From IMG/VR virus record IMGVR_UViG_3300005264_000003, positions 1 through 64,000 of that record: DNA of 64,000 nucleotides. One strand, 5' to 3'. This DNA is from a virus. Positions 40,201-50,054 of this stretch are shown one piece after another. The position numbers and the translations under genes were made by a program. The notes under the pieces are model-generated. The model saw only the letters and a program-made list of their open reading frames with translations, had not been told where the DNA came from and made no database searches. The stretch's first letter is position 1. The number at the start of each line of letters is the position of its first letter.

Positions 40201-42685
40201 TAATGGAGCACTAAAAGCCTACGGTGACAGCTTTGGGCATATACCTCACCTTAAGGATCCAGGTGATATACTTAAAATGCTAGGTGGTGTGAATGCATAT
40301 GATGACATAACTTTAAAGAGGCCAGAGGTTGCTCTTAATACATTCTTAAATTCTGGGCACAGCTTTGAAGACTCCAAGGGTAATATTATAAATAACAGGC
40401 ATGGGTTTACAATAGAGGCTGACGGAAAGAAATTATACATACCAAGTGGAGATGTATGGTCTGGGTATGTTACTGAAGATGGGTCTACTACGTTTGATAG
40501 TATGTTTCTTAAGACTCAGAAAATGCTAAGAGGCTTAACGGTACGAGATGGGGAGCCTGGAGATATTGAGGGATGGACTAAGTCATTATTTGGAGAACTA
40601 GGCAACTCAAAAGAAGGACTAAGAGGACAGGCAACATTAAAGGTAGATGGATCTTCATATGTTAAGGTTGCACAAGATTATAGATTATTACAGAACGATG
40701 TATTAGGTGGAGCAATTGATTCATGGGATACAGATGCTAGCTCAAAAGAAATTAGATATGCAGCATCAGAACTAAAGCACTTACTTGGCAACAGCTCTGC
40801 TATGTCAGCTGACGACTTCGATAGTCAAATTAAGCAAATGCTTAGTGAGACATTTGAGCAATCTCAAGATAACTCTACGTTAAAAAGATCAATGAATGAA
40901 ATACTTGTCGCTCAGTATGGAGAAGGACATTTCTTGGCTAAGTATGAAAGTAAGATTAACTCCATAAAAGCTAAGGAAGATATAATACCGCTAGTAGAAA
41001 AAATTACCTCTGATCAAGTAAAACTTAGTGATAAAATAGCTGATATGTATGAAGAGTTTGGCAAGACAGGCAATGCTAGTCTCTATAATGATATAATGAG
41101 CGAGTCTAGAAATATGCATCAGTCTTATAGCATCAGATACCCGCATATACTACAGGGCTCTCATTCACAAACACCTACATTTATAAGCAAAGCAATAAGA
41201 CGTGGTACAGTAGCGCTTGGTAATATAGACTTAGTTAACAAGAATGGTGACCATGATGGTGATGCAAATTTTGTGAAAGGAATATACAGTAGGGCTACGA
41301 GAAATAAGACGTTTGAAATGATAGATGTGCAGCAAAGAGAAGCATTTAAGCACATGAGCCTTAGAATTCAAGGTGTAATGGCCGACATATTTCAAGGAGG
41401 CGTTGACGCTAAAGGTCCTGCGCTTGCAGCTTCAATAGATGGAGCAAGCTCAGTAGCGGAAACGATACTAAAGACAAACCCAATGGCTACATCAGTTGCC
41501 TCATTTATGACAAAAGCTGTTACTGGTGGCTTTAATGTTGGAGCTCTACAGACAAAAGGTTACCTTGGCATGATACAAGAGAGCTTAGGCTTATCAGAGG
41601 ATCATATAGCTTCAATGAATTCATATTTTAGCAATATGATTTCAATGACAACAGAGCAGAAGATAATTGGATCAAAGCAAATGGAAACAGTTATAGGTGA
41701 CTTTCAAGGCTTACCAGATGAAAATAAAATGAAAGGCATACTAGGCATGCTTAATCAAGATGATTATATGGAAAAGTCCCTCCAGGATATAAGATCTACC
41801 GGTAAAGTTAATCCATTAATTGGCACATGGGCATCAGATGCAGCTAGGCATAACAATCCAAAGGAAATAAGAGAAGTTGCACAGGCAGTCCTTAATTTTG
41901 CTGATATGGAAAACGGATGGCAAGAGTTTGGAGAGGCAGATTTCAGGTCTACCATGAACATTATAGGACACAAAGAAGATGTTATAGATACAATGTGGGA
42001 TCAGTATATAGAAACCATGGCAGTAGAGAGGCAGAATCTTGCCTCTAACAGTGAAGCTATGAGGGCTGCAGGATTGCAAGATAAGCAGCTATTTGAAATA
42101 TGGGGAGACGCATTGCGCAGCAAGGACCTATCTGCATCTGAGAATATCAGCTTTATCTTAAGTAAAAAGAACTCTCCAGGCGAAGCGCTTGCAGCACTTG
42201 ATCTTAATCGTCAAATGTCAATAGCAGGTAACATGCTTAATCTTCCAGAAATGAGCAACACGCTACCTCAGAAAGGAAGAAGGATAATAGGGTATGATAA
42301 GTTACAGGATGGCATATCATGGATGATGGATCCAGTACACGGCGGAGGGCCTGTTAGGATGGCTGGAGTTGCTGGTATTGGACTGGTATCAATGACTGCG
42401 CTAAATGTCTTGTCTGGTGATGGCACACTGGAAGATCCAGGCGATTTACCTAGCGTCAACAATCCATCCTTTACATCTAATAGAGGCAGTGGTAATATGT
42501 CCATGAGTACACTTTCATCTAATGTTGGGCTAAACTCTAATATAAACTTATTAACAGATAATACAATGAGTCCAACAAGTGCTATTGGTATGATGCAAGG
42601 TATGCTTGGGTACCAAGGCAACACAATATCTGTTAGACATGACGGTGAAGATCCTTATAAGCAAGACCTTATGTATTATAAATAG
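37295..42685 (+). CDS. Putative single-chain two-barrel virion RNA polymerase (1796 aa)
   Basis: Beta-like FESEAIMI (~510) and DGHKLAGGVKIVS (K655, K661); beta-prime-like IRYPHI (R1281) and NGDHDGDAN (from N1317; DxDGD triad). Confidence 0.75.
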   Translation: MSYNNPYDKEDGILGTIVKGTALTGAGVVAVNAYRNPEATRRKFGQAMDMIAPIKSPKLNPYQQRLARANEILFSTVAERDARIKSKDKIRAAEAMQMTGSKSSWSAITPVALPIGADSKQKVLNEISAQVSEYSFEKLDDIRDIDNRPIGNKIHKQLKKKFPGQITNAPKFKGTRATWRIGGEDLEIDFSKRIGQTEGFMKRIGESMYVAPWRADLQSVDGKLGYQLSDPNTDILSFLSDMNDENGNGRLFWGVNENSEVRSKFEKLTGSGMDSKRAMAKLRSEAEKYSLRELDVVRNLQEAIKRETRTDTQIADNDIIGRNMHASKVQVNEHSAYLVGQMPAHRGVGSRALGTGAINSDVIDGKNVQELYDIHTNSTMDNNLITISTSGNTSKRIREMAIKHGGYVDSQSTVAELGWSMRVGSTAAYAEREKSFKGIMFESHKLAKTPFSGVGGTKIDSDALARIRHNFFINDDGADSDFKYSSHVQSKAIVQKNKGVYNMALALSPFESEAIMIGDATSENMKTLAPKTTSVAAMAIKKGDKAYEKSFVEMKYFDVDSNSQKSFTNLTLQDIMEDSHKSNIMTQGFGEIHIKRGTILGKKPVGQELLNDGTVNDIIARESGIIKTQVNRLIGRDDYISTLASHNRMIVDGHKLAGGVKIVSQVHEDAVKMALSNVTTRNTTNFRDNELVNELTQNAGLGKAEGTMSLDFLKKTLPKKGPNNRVVLGKGSSELMQVLQSAIGWQALQGDHDVKLKGKAAQQFSKYINNGNTHLINGELNLSKIMKKGNLSFKQMIHDKKLFADQYEHTIETLGLIREGFGNGDAQTIIQPMRGSVDIGFSSKGAKSAATTIDTHIRQLEILGERAKSGTNARKLLAKQITIGEIAKTVTANARELAMGVIGGVMPQEQAWNSIGKEFSEMKLSSKAIFNFLDNPEILRDLGVNSTTPAIKMSNELRLMESGARGHNINGALKAYGDSFGHIPHLKDPGDILKMLGGVNAYDDITLKRPEVALNTFLNSGHSFEDSKGNIINNRHGFTIEADGKKLYIPSGDVWSGYVTEDGSTTFDSMFLKTQKMLRGLTVRDGEPGDIEGWTKSLFGELGNSKEGLRGQATLKVDGSSYVKVAQDYRLLQNDVLGGAIDSWDTDASSKEIRYAASELKHLLGNSSAMSADDFDSQIKQMLSETFEQSQDNSTLKRSMNEILVAQYGEGHFLAKYESKINSIKAKEDIIPLVEKITSDQVKLSDKIADMYEEFGKTGNASLYNDIMSESRNMHQSYSIRYPHILQGSHSQTPTFISKAIRRGTVALGNIDLVNKNGDHDGDANFVKGIYSRATRNKTFEMIDVQQREAFKHMSLRIQGVMADIFQGGVDAKGPALAASIDGASSVAETILKTNPMATSVASFMTKAVTGGFNVGALQTKGYLGMIQESLGLSEDHIASMNSYFSNMISMTTEQKIIGSKQMETVIGDFQGLPDENKMKGILGMLNQDDYMEKSLQDIRSTGKVNPLIGTWASDAARHNNPKEIREVAQAVLNFADMENGWQEFGEADFRSTMNIIGHKEDVIDTMWDQYIETMAVERQNLASNSEAMRAAGLQDKQLFEIWGDALRSKDLSASENISFILSKKNSPGEALAALDLNRQMSIAGNMLNLPEMSNTLPQKGRRIIGYDKLQDGISWMMDPVHGGGPVRMAGVAGIGLVSMTALNVLSGDGTLEDPGDLPSVNNPSFTSNRGSGNMSMSTLSSNVGLNSNINLLTDNTMSPTSAIGMMQGMLGYQGNTISVRHDGEDPYKQDLMYYK

Positions 42686-42695
42686 AGGTAAATAA

Positions 42696-45600
42696 ATGTC
42701 GATTACGAATGAAGAGTTAGTAGAAATCCTAAAAGAAGCTGACCTGTGGCCACCAGTTAAGAAAGCTCCGGCAACTAGCATTAAGAAAGTGCATTCAGTA
42801 CCAGAAGGATTGGTTACATATCATAATAAAGTAATAACTAGCCTTGTTGTTGTCGATGGTGATACGATTGAAATCGTTGAGCCTGGCATTGAAGATAATG
42901 AGTCTATACGTTATTATGGAATTGATACAAATGAAACAGCCAAGGACTGGCTAGGCAAGCCAGAAGAAGATTATGCTAACTGGCAGACACAAGTACATGA
43001 TGAGCTAATAAGATATGCTATAGACAAGAATCTTCATATAGAAATAAGTGATCACCTAGCAGGTTACTTCGGTCGTACTGTAGCTGATATACGAATAGAC
43101 GGATCTAGTGTATCAGGAATATTCGTAGGAGCAGGCATTACTCCGCCCAGCATGGGGGCAGATACGAAAGTAGTTCCAGATACATCTATTACTAAAAATC
43201 AAATCATAGCAAACTATAACACTGCTATGCATAAGCGTTCTGGTATCTGGAAAAATGTTGGCGAGTATGTCTATCACCCCAATAACAATATTGACGAAAA
43301 ACTTATAATTGACCTGTTTAATGATACATATTCTACTAAAAGAAAACTAGGTAAAGGCATAACTAAGATTGGTGACGTGTATCTAGATATACCTCCTACG
43401 CAAATAGCTATTACTCAACTCAGAACATCACGCTCTGTGCCTCAATTGGGCGGTGAATCAAAGCCTATTAGTGAAAACTCAGCTAGAACAATCATAAAAC
43501 TTCACTTAGTGTTCTCAGGCGAGGAGACTATAAACACTGATCTGGTAAGAATTTTACAGCAATTTAGGTACTGTCCAATAAACCTGCTTTACTCTTTCGA
43601 TATATTTGAGAAAGTTGTAGGCGATAATAAATATCTACTAGAAGGATATGGTCAAGTAGATGATGAGTGGTTTATACCTGTAACAATGGATGAGTATACT
43701 ATACATACAATTGAAGGTCATCCATCCTCGCTTGGATGTGTCTTACAGTTATCTTTATTTAACTATGCAGCATACTTTAATGGAGATATAGCAGAGAAAG
43801 TTCAGTATTACAAATATGAAATTGAAAGTGGAGAAGTCGACTCTAAGAGATCTTTAGCTGGTGTAAATAGAGACTTTGTATACACTTCACACCTAGAAGA
43901 AGCTGTGCATCCATATAATTTATATATAACTAGTCACTTAAAAGATAAGTTGCACATGTTTAATGGTTCAGATAGCTATACTGAGCTATTCAAGGTAGCA
44001 GGCACTAGAACTCCCCCTAACTATGAAGCAATTAGCGCTAAAGATGCAGGTAGGCTTTCTGATGAACTAGATGAGCTTTACTTGATACTTAGCTCTAGAG
44101 TTAAAGAATTAACAATGTCTACGAGTATCTTTTTTAGGAATAACTTTACATGGCTGCCAGTTATTGGATACTCACAACCAGTTGCACAATACATAGGGCC
44201 TGGAGACTCTGTAGTTACACTCGAGTTGCAAACTGAGGACAACTCAGTTATATCTAGTTTATTAAATACATTCGGAGAAGAATCAACAACAAGTATTGTT
44301 GATACATTTTATGATGATAGATATATATTATCTAACTCACTTACCAGATTGTGTGCTACTGAAGTCTGCAGTATGAAGAATTTTTCAATGTCTAATGTTA
44401 GTGGTCACCCAGATGCGTCAGTTATTAATATGGTATTTTGTAAGACAGCATATGCCACTACAGCAAATGAGGTTAATCCTGTTGCTGAGTTTGACGAGTA
44501 CTGGGGTCTTCAGAGAATATTAAAATCACTAGACAAAGAAGACATGGAGGCAATTGAAACTGAACTCAAGAGCGATAGAGTTACAAGACTAGACATTGGC
44601 GACAGTGCTGACTCTTTCATTAGGCTGGCAGAGAGAAGCGGAAAGACTGATACGGAAAAGAAGGTAAATGAAAAAACAATAGCTGCTATGACAGTTGCTC
44701 TTAATAAGCTAAAGGGACATAAGAATTCCATGGAGTTTAATGCCCCTGAGTTTCATTTGCTTCAATTTAGAACTAACTTAAATTCAAGTATATTAAGTGC
44801 ACGAATGAGCGGTTTGTCTGGAAAAATTATTCTTCTAGATGGATTGAGCATGTATTCAAGAATGACGGTGTCTCAATTCCCTGCTAATAAAACACTAGAT
44901 CAGCTTAATCTTAATGCGAATAAGGCATATAAGACTTACTATGGTGGAATGCTTAGTTCTTATCCTCGCAGCCGGGTTGCCAAAGAGATGACTAGAAACT
45001 TCAGAGATGCCTTAGGCGGACACGGAGAAGCATCTAGGATATTAAGAGCTTATGTTAGTAAGGTATACGCAGGCGGATGGCTTACTAGTGATATAACAGG
45101 ACCGCCAGTAAGCTTACTAGATTTAAGCGAGAAGCTGCATGAAGAATACCTTAATCCTAGCTATAGTAATGACTATGTAAATAGAATTAACACTCATGGC
45201 ACCTATAATGGACATGGATGGGATCTTTCTGATTACGATAGATGGATGGGTAAGCTGGTTGACAAGTTATGTCATGCAATTGAAGCTAAGTCAACTGGAT
45301 TGCTTTCTAAGTTTAAAGAGAGGTGGAATGAGCAGTCTCTCCTAGAAAGCAAGGGATACTCTGTTATAATGAAGTTCGTTGGCACTGCAATAGAGGCTAG
45401 AGTTATTAAGACTGCTTTTATTTTAGGTAGCAGAGACGCTAATAGGAAAGAAGAAGTGTCTGAGGCAAGAGAATATTTCCATACCCCAAGGAATATATCG
45501 TACCCTTCATTTTCAGTTATATATAATGCAGATGATGGTACAGAAGGAACTGATTTAATACTAACAGATAGTGATGCTAATGGAGAGTCTAAAAATTGGA

Positions 45601-48600
45601 CATTTCAGGTAACATTTTTTCCTTCTGAGCACAATGAGGGCATTAGTAGATATTGGCACGAGGAGCCAGACTCTGAAGCTGCATCTGAAGCTGAGCTCGA
45701 AGAAGCTAGAGCAAAAATGGATGTAGTGTCACATGGCAATATAGTTATACCTTATGCTGGACATAGGTATTTCCCTAACATAGACTTATACCTGAAGCAT
45801 CAAGAGATATTCTCTACTACCGTAGGGGAATGGTTTGCTAATAAATATATAGAGGACCCATATAAGATTTTCGAGCAAGTATCTGAATCAGTAGAGCAGT
45901 CTATAGCTCCACTAATGGATAGGCCGGCATGGGAAGCTACATACATTGAAAGAAGTCATGGTGTTGCATTTGCTAACAAGATAGCAGAAGACCCACATGA
46001 TCCATGTAAGTTAGTTGCAGCTATTAACTGGATGAGTTTTGGTAAAGATTTCAGTGAAGACAATCGAGACACAGCCTTATTAAAAGGCAAGCCTAATAGC
46101 ACAGTAGATCGCTGGATAAATAAATGCATACCAGATATGATTCTTAGTAGCGAAGATGGTAGCCCTAAAGATCTCGACGTTCCTTTTAGTACTGTTCATC
46201 AGTGTGCTGCCCTTAGTAGTGGCTACTATGACTCGGCTAAGTTTCAAGGAAAAGAGATAGTTGCATTTAGAATGAATGTAATGAGTAAGACAAGTATGTC
46301 TCTCAATACAGCAGGACAAACATCTAGGGGATATAATCTTCAAAACAAGATGTGTGCTATAGAGTCAGATGGTGCACTATACTTGCCTTCAGATGTGCCT
46401 GAAGCTTCACTTGCTGGCAGCATAGATGATTCAGCTAAGTTCATTCATTCTCCAGCAGACACGCAAATACACTACGGAGGCAACTATGCAAATGGGTGTG
46501 ACTTGACATTATTGCAAAAGCACCCAGAGGGATTCGCAAAGGAGCTAGGGCGAGAACAACCTGCATTACAAGCGCTGGGTCAGAAAGATGGATTAAATAC
46601 AATTGAAGCTGACGCAATGCTTAGGGAAAAATTCTATAAGATATTACTAAAAAGCAACAGTAAAGGTGCCGAGTTCAGTAAGTCGCCAGCACAACTAAGG
46701 GGTATAGCTAAGAGTCACGTAAGTACACTTAAAGACTCTATTGCTCCAGCTACAAATATTTACTATATGACAGAGAAGCTAATAGTAGATTATCTAAGCA
46801 ACGGAGTAACGTCTGAACTAAAGGCTGATTTAAAAATAATAGTATCAAAGTACATAGCAGACTTTGGCCCCTTAATAGATGATGCGACAAAAGAGTTGGT
46901 ATCTAGAAATGCTCTTGAATCTATGATGCCTACTATTGGGATAGAAAATGCATTTCCTACATATAAAATGTATATAATTGAAGAAGACATGTCTGATATA
47001 AGATACTTCTCAATGGATGATTGGTATGATCTTAGGACAGCTCAAGACTTGATGATTGTAAAGTCTAAAGACAATCCAGCACATATGCTTAAAGGTAGAA
47101 TTATAGTAGATCATAGATATATAATTACTAGCGACAAAGTGAACCAGAAAGTTTCTGATATTAGCAATCCTCAGGAATTTGAAGTTGAGGCACCAGCACC
47201 GGGGATTGTTGATACTAGGGCTGAAAACCATTTCAATAAAGGAATGACTCCGTTACGAGAAGGTATGAGAATTTGCATTAAACTAGGCTACCACTCTGAC
47301 CCAAGAGCTATGGACACAGTCTTTATTGGTACGATTACAGGACTTAGTGGCAACATGAGTACTGGCGTATATGACCTAGAGGCTAGAGGTGATGGTAGAG
47401 AGCTACTAACTCCTCCGTCACAAGATGTAAAGCCTAATATCTCAGGAGAGAATTTTGCTGAGATTATATCTATTATGATGAGAAATAGCCCTGCTGTTAT
47501 GCACTTTGGAAGAACATATGGTTCATTTTTAGAGAAATTCTCAAGAAGGCACTGGGCGCTATTTGCACTTGCTAAGCACGGAAGACTATCTAAGTCTCAT
47601 GTTTTTGGAGCCGTAGGTATGTCAATGGGACTAGCTGCAAGATCAGCAATCAGGCAGGCAGCCATGAAAGGATCTCTTTCTGAGGAAACTGGCATGGGCA
47701 TGTGGGCGTACATGATTCATTCATTTAGTCGAAAGACTATGTCTGTATATGAAGAAACAACAGCCTTGTATAACAATACGCTTTTGCCTTTATCTGACAA
47801 AGGATCCCATGAGAGATGGGCTGCATATAGTAATAATATATTTGACGGCGATGATGGTAAATGGGGTATCTTTAGCTCAGAGTTTGGTAACGCAAAGTTC
47901 TCTCAAGTAAAGGGCTGGTTAGCAGGAAATACATTTGATCCAAGAAAGGCTAGTGCTCAAACTGCCGGCATACTATATAATACATTCAAGCAAGGCAATA
48001 ATCCTATTGATGATAACATATTCGCTATTGATATTTGGAATACTTTTGTTCCATGGCGCACATTTGACATGCCAATCAATAACACAAGAACTATTTGGGA
48101 TGTGCTTGTTGATATTAAGAGAATGTATCCAAACTTTGCACTTGACGTAAGACCGTATGGGTCTAGATCTACGCTATTTATGGGGCCTAAGGAGTTTAAT
48201 ATATGGAGAACTGACGACCCACTACAAGCAGTTGCTCCTCAGTTAGCCGAGATAACTACCAATGAGGCATCATGGGATGATAGTTTTAGCTATAACTTAT
48301 CAGCTAAAGATGCCCTTAGGTCACAGGTTATATTGGATAGATTTGGTGACCGGAAGCCATCAGAAAACAATGTAGCAGGATGGGTGCCATTTCAAAGGCA
48401 GCATACGGTATCTTCTTTCAGTGACATAGTAATGAATGGCATCCGATCTACTCCTTATAGAGGATGGAATAACGTCGTAGTAACGTATTCAAAAGGCCCT
48501 GGCGATAACGAGAGTAGGGCTCCTATTATGCAGTCTGCCAATGCAAACTTAGATCCAAAAGCTATTAGAACAAAATATGCTAATATAGACTGGACAGATG

Positions 48601-50054
48601 ATCCGCAAATGGCCAAGCAGTATGCCATTGGACTACTCAAAGAGGGCGTTGAGAGAATGTACGGCGGTACGTTAATCATAAGAGGTAACTCTAAGATAGA
48701 GCCGCATGATAAAGTATTTATATGTGACGCAGTTAATAAGATGTATGGATGGATAGAAGTAGAAACAGTGATACATAAATTTGATCTAAGTATGGGCTTT
48801 ACAACTCATATAGTACCAAACATGGTATGCTCTGTAAATAACGACTCTTATAGTACTTTTAGTAATGTATTTAGAAGACAAATGGTTGAAAAGTGGGGGA
48901 CATTAATCTTAGGCTATGCCGGTGGCGCTGCTGTTGGATATGGAGTAGCAGGATTAATTGGTCCAATAGGATGGGTAGCAAGCGCTGTGGTTTCAACGGC
49001 AGCATTAAGTATAAGTGTTGCTGGTGCATATCGAGAAATAAAAAGCAAAGCAGAGTCTATAATGGATGCAGCTGAAGCCGAAGGCAAGGCCAGGAAAGAA
49101 GAGAGACTCTTGTCTGACAGACTAAATTTCATGTTTCTATCAGACGCTGTAAAACACGGATATGACAGAGGAATAGCGGCTCATTACCTATTAAGATTGT
49201 TAGGTGAAGATGGCCTAGGTATAAAAGCAAGAGACATAAGAATGCCTAAGCTAGCAGGAAAGAGGGCGATTAAGAAGGGCGTTGATATTGCAGCGGAAAG
49301 ATGGGCTTTTGCATCAAAGTTTATTGGTGGATTTAGAGATGAGTACAAGGTAGGCAAAGCCATTAAGAAGCAAGCTTTATTTGATAGTATTGCAAAGGAT
49401 GTTGGCAGAACAATTGACTGGGATGCTATTGATGCTGCACCAACATTAACAGATGCGAGAGTTAAGTTAGAGGCTGAATTAAATAGCTTAATAGAAAAAG
49501 CTTCAGAGGAGCTATCTGACGATGCAAAGAAGACGATAACAAGATCGCTAGGCAGGGACTTTGGCGATGCTCTCGTGCCCAGGGATACTATCTCAAGAGC
49601 AGAGAGTTCTTCAGCAGGTGCGTTAAAGAGCACTAAAGCTAAGCTGTTAAAAAAGGTTAAAAAAGTTCGAGTAACGAAAGGCCTTAAGGCGGCAGGAGGC
49701 TTTGGGTTATCTGTTTTTGCAATAGGAGCAGACATGGCTCCAGCGCTAGTGGAAACATTTGTAGTTAATGCTATGTTAAACTCAAATACAATAATATGTC
49801 ATCCGCTATACAGTAAGCATGGTATGCTTATGAATGGATTAGATGGATACCAAAACAAGACATCATATAAGCATCTTAAGGGTATGATAGTTCAAGCTGA
49901 AGGCTATGTTAATAAGGCTAAAGAGGCGCTTAGTGAATGGGATCACATGTTCAACTTGAGCAATGGAGCGACACCTATGAGTGAAGACGCAGCAGCGCAA
50001 CTAAGAGCTTCTGCTATTAACTTGAATGAGGATACAGGAGTAGGAGATGAGTGA
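42696..50054 (+). CDS. Giant baseplate hub-like protein (2452 aa) with N-terminal thermonuclease (SNase) domain
   Basis: VVDGDTI, IRYYGIDTNE and GYFGRTVA (SNase); hub-like LREGMRICIKLGY..VFIGTIT..ARGDGREL and GTLIIRGNSKIEPHD...VETVIHKF...GFTTHI. Confidence 0.8.
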   Translation: MSITNEELVEILKEADLWPPVKKAPATSIKKVHSVPEGLVTYHNKVITSLVVVDGDTIEIVEPGIEDNESIRYYGIDTNETAKDWLGKPEEDYANWQTQVHDELIRYAIDKNLHIEISDHLAGYFGRTVADIRIDGSSVSGIFVGAGITPPSMGADTKVVPDTSITKNQIIANYNTAMHKRSGIWKNVGEYVYHPNNNIDEKLIIDLFNDTYSTKRKLGKGITKIGDVYLDIPPTQIAITQLRTSRSVPQLGGESKPISENSARTIIKLHLVFSGEETINTDLVRILQQFRYCPINLLYSFDIFEKVVGDNKYLLEGYGQVDDEWFIPVTMDEYTIHTIEGHPSSLGCVLQLSLFNYAAYFNGDIAEKVQYYKYEIESGEVDSKRSLAGVNRDFVYTSHLEEAVHPYNLYITSHLKDKLHMFNGSDSYTELFKVAGTRTPPNYEAISAKDAGRLSDELDELYLILSSRVKELTMSTSIFFRNNFTWLPVIGYSQPVAQYIGPGDSVVTLELQTEDNSVISSLLNTFGEESTTSIVDTFYDDRYILSNSLTRLCATEVCSMKNFSMSNVSGHPDASVINMVFCKTAYATTANEVNPVAEFDEYWGLQRILKSLDKEDMEAIETELKSDRVTRLDIGDSADSFIRLAERSGKTDTEKKVNEKTIAAMTVALNKLKGHKNSMEFNAPEFHLLQFRTNLNSSILSARMSGLSGKIILLDGLSMYSRMTVSQFPANKTLDQLNLNANKAYKTYYGGMLSSYPRSRVAKEMTRNFRDALGGHGEASRILRAYVSKVYAGGWLTSDITGPPVSLLDLSEKLHEEYLNPSYSNDYVNRINTHGTYNGHGWDLSDYDRWMGKLVDKLCHAIEAKSTGLLSKFKERWNEQSLLESKGYSVIMKFVGTAIEARVIKTAFILGSRDANRKEEVSEAREYFHTPRNISYPSFSVIYNADDGTEGTDLILTDSDANGESKNWTFQVTFFPSEHNEGISRYWHEEPDSEAASEAELEEARAKMDVVSHGNIVIPYAGHRYFPNIDLYLKHQEIFSTTVGEWFANKYIEDPYKIFEQVSESVEQSIAPLMDRPAWEATYIERSHGVAFANKIAEDPHDPCKLVAAINWMSFGKDFSEDNRDTALLKGKPNSTVDRWINKCIPDMILSSEDGSPKDLDVPFSTVHQCAALSSGYYDSAKFQGKEIVAFRMNVMSKTSMSLNTAGQTSRGYNLQNKMCAIESDGALYLPSDVPEASLAGSIDDSAKFIHSPADTQIHYGGNYANGCDLTLLQKHPEGFAKELGREQPALQALGQKDGLNTIEADAMLREKFYKILLKSNSKGAEFSKSPAQLRGIAKSHVSTLKDSIAPATNIYYMTEKLIVDYLSNGVTSELKADLKIIVSKYIADFGPLIDDATKELVSRNALESMMPTIGIENAFPTYKMYIIEEDMSDIRYFSMDDWYDLRTAQDLMIVKSKDNPAHMLKGRIIVDHRYIITSDKVNQKVSDISNPQEFEVEAPAPGIVDTRAENHFNKGMTPLREGMRICIKLGYHSDPRAMDTVFIGTITGLSGNMSTGVYDLEARGDGRELLTPPSQDVKPNISGENFAEIISIMMRNSPAVMHFGRTYGSFLEKFSRRHWALFALAKHGRLSKSHVFGAVGMSMGLAARSAIRQAAMKGSLSEETGMGMWAYMIHSFSRKTMSVYEETTALYNNTLLPLSDKGSHERWAAYSNNIFDGDDGKWGIFSSEFGNAKFSQVKGWLAGNTFDPRKASAQTAGILYNTFKQGNNPIDDNIFAIDIWNTFVPWRTFDMPINNTRTIWDVLVDIKRMYPNFALDVRPYGSRSTLFMGPKEFNIWRTDDPLQAVAPQLAEITTNEASWDDSFSYNLSAKDALRSQVILDRFGDRKPSENNVAGWVPFQRQHTVSSFSDIVMNGIRSTPYRGWNNVVVTYSKGPGDNESRAPIMQSANANLDPKAIRTKYANIDWTDDPQMAKQYAIGLLKEGVERMYGGTLIIRGNSKIEPHDKVFICDAVNKMYGWIEVETVIHKFDLSMGFTTHIVPNMVCSVNNDSYSTFSNVFRRQMVEKWGTLILGYAGGAAVGYGVAGLIGPIGWVASAVVSTAALSISVAGAYREIKSKAESIMDAAEAEGKARKEERLLSDRLNFMFLSDAVKHGYDRGIAAHYLLRLLGEDGLGIKARDIRMPKLAGKRAIKKGVDIAAERWAFASKFIGGFRDEYKVGKAIKKQALFDSIAKDVGRTIDWDAIDAAPTLTDARVKLEAELNSLIEKASEELSDDAKKTITRSLGRDFGDALVPRDTISRAESSSAGALKSTKAKLLKKVKKVRVTKGLKAAGGFGLSVFAIGADMAPALVETFVVNAMLNSNTIICHPLYSKHGMLMNGLDGYQNKTSYKHLKGMIVQAEGYVNKAKEALSEWDHMFNLSNGATPMSEDAAAQLRASAINLNEDTGVGDE

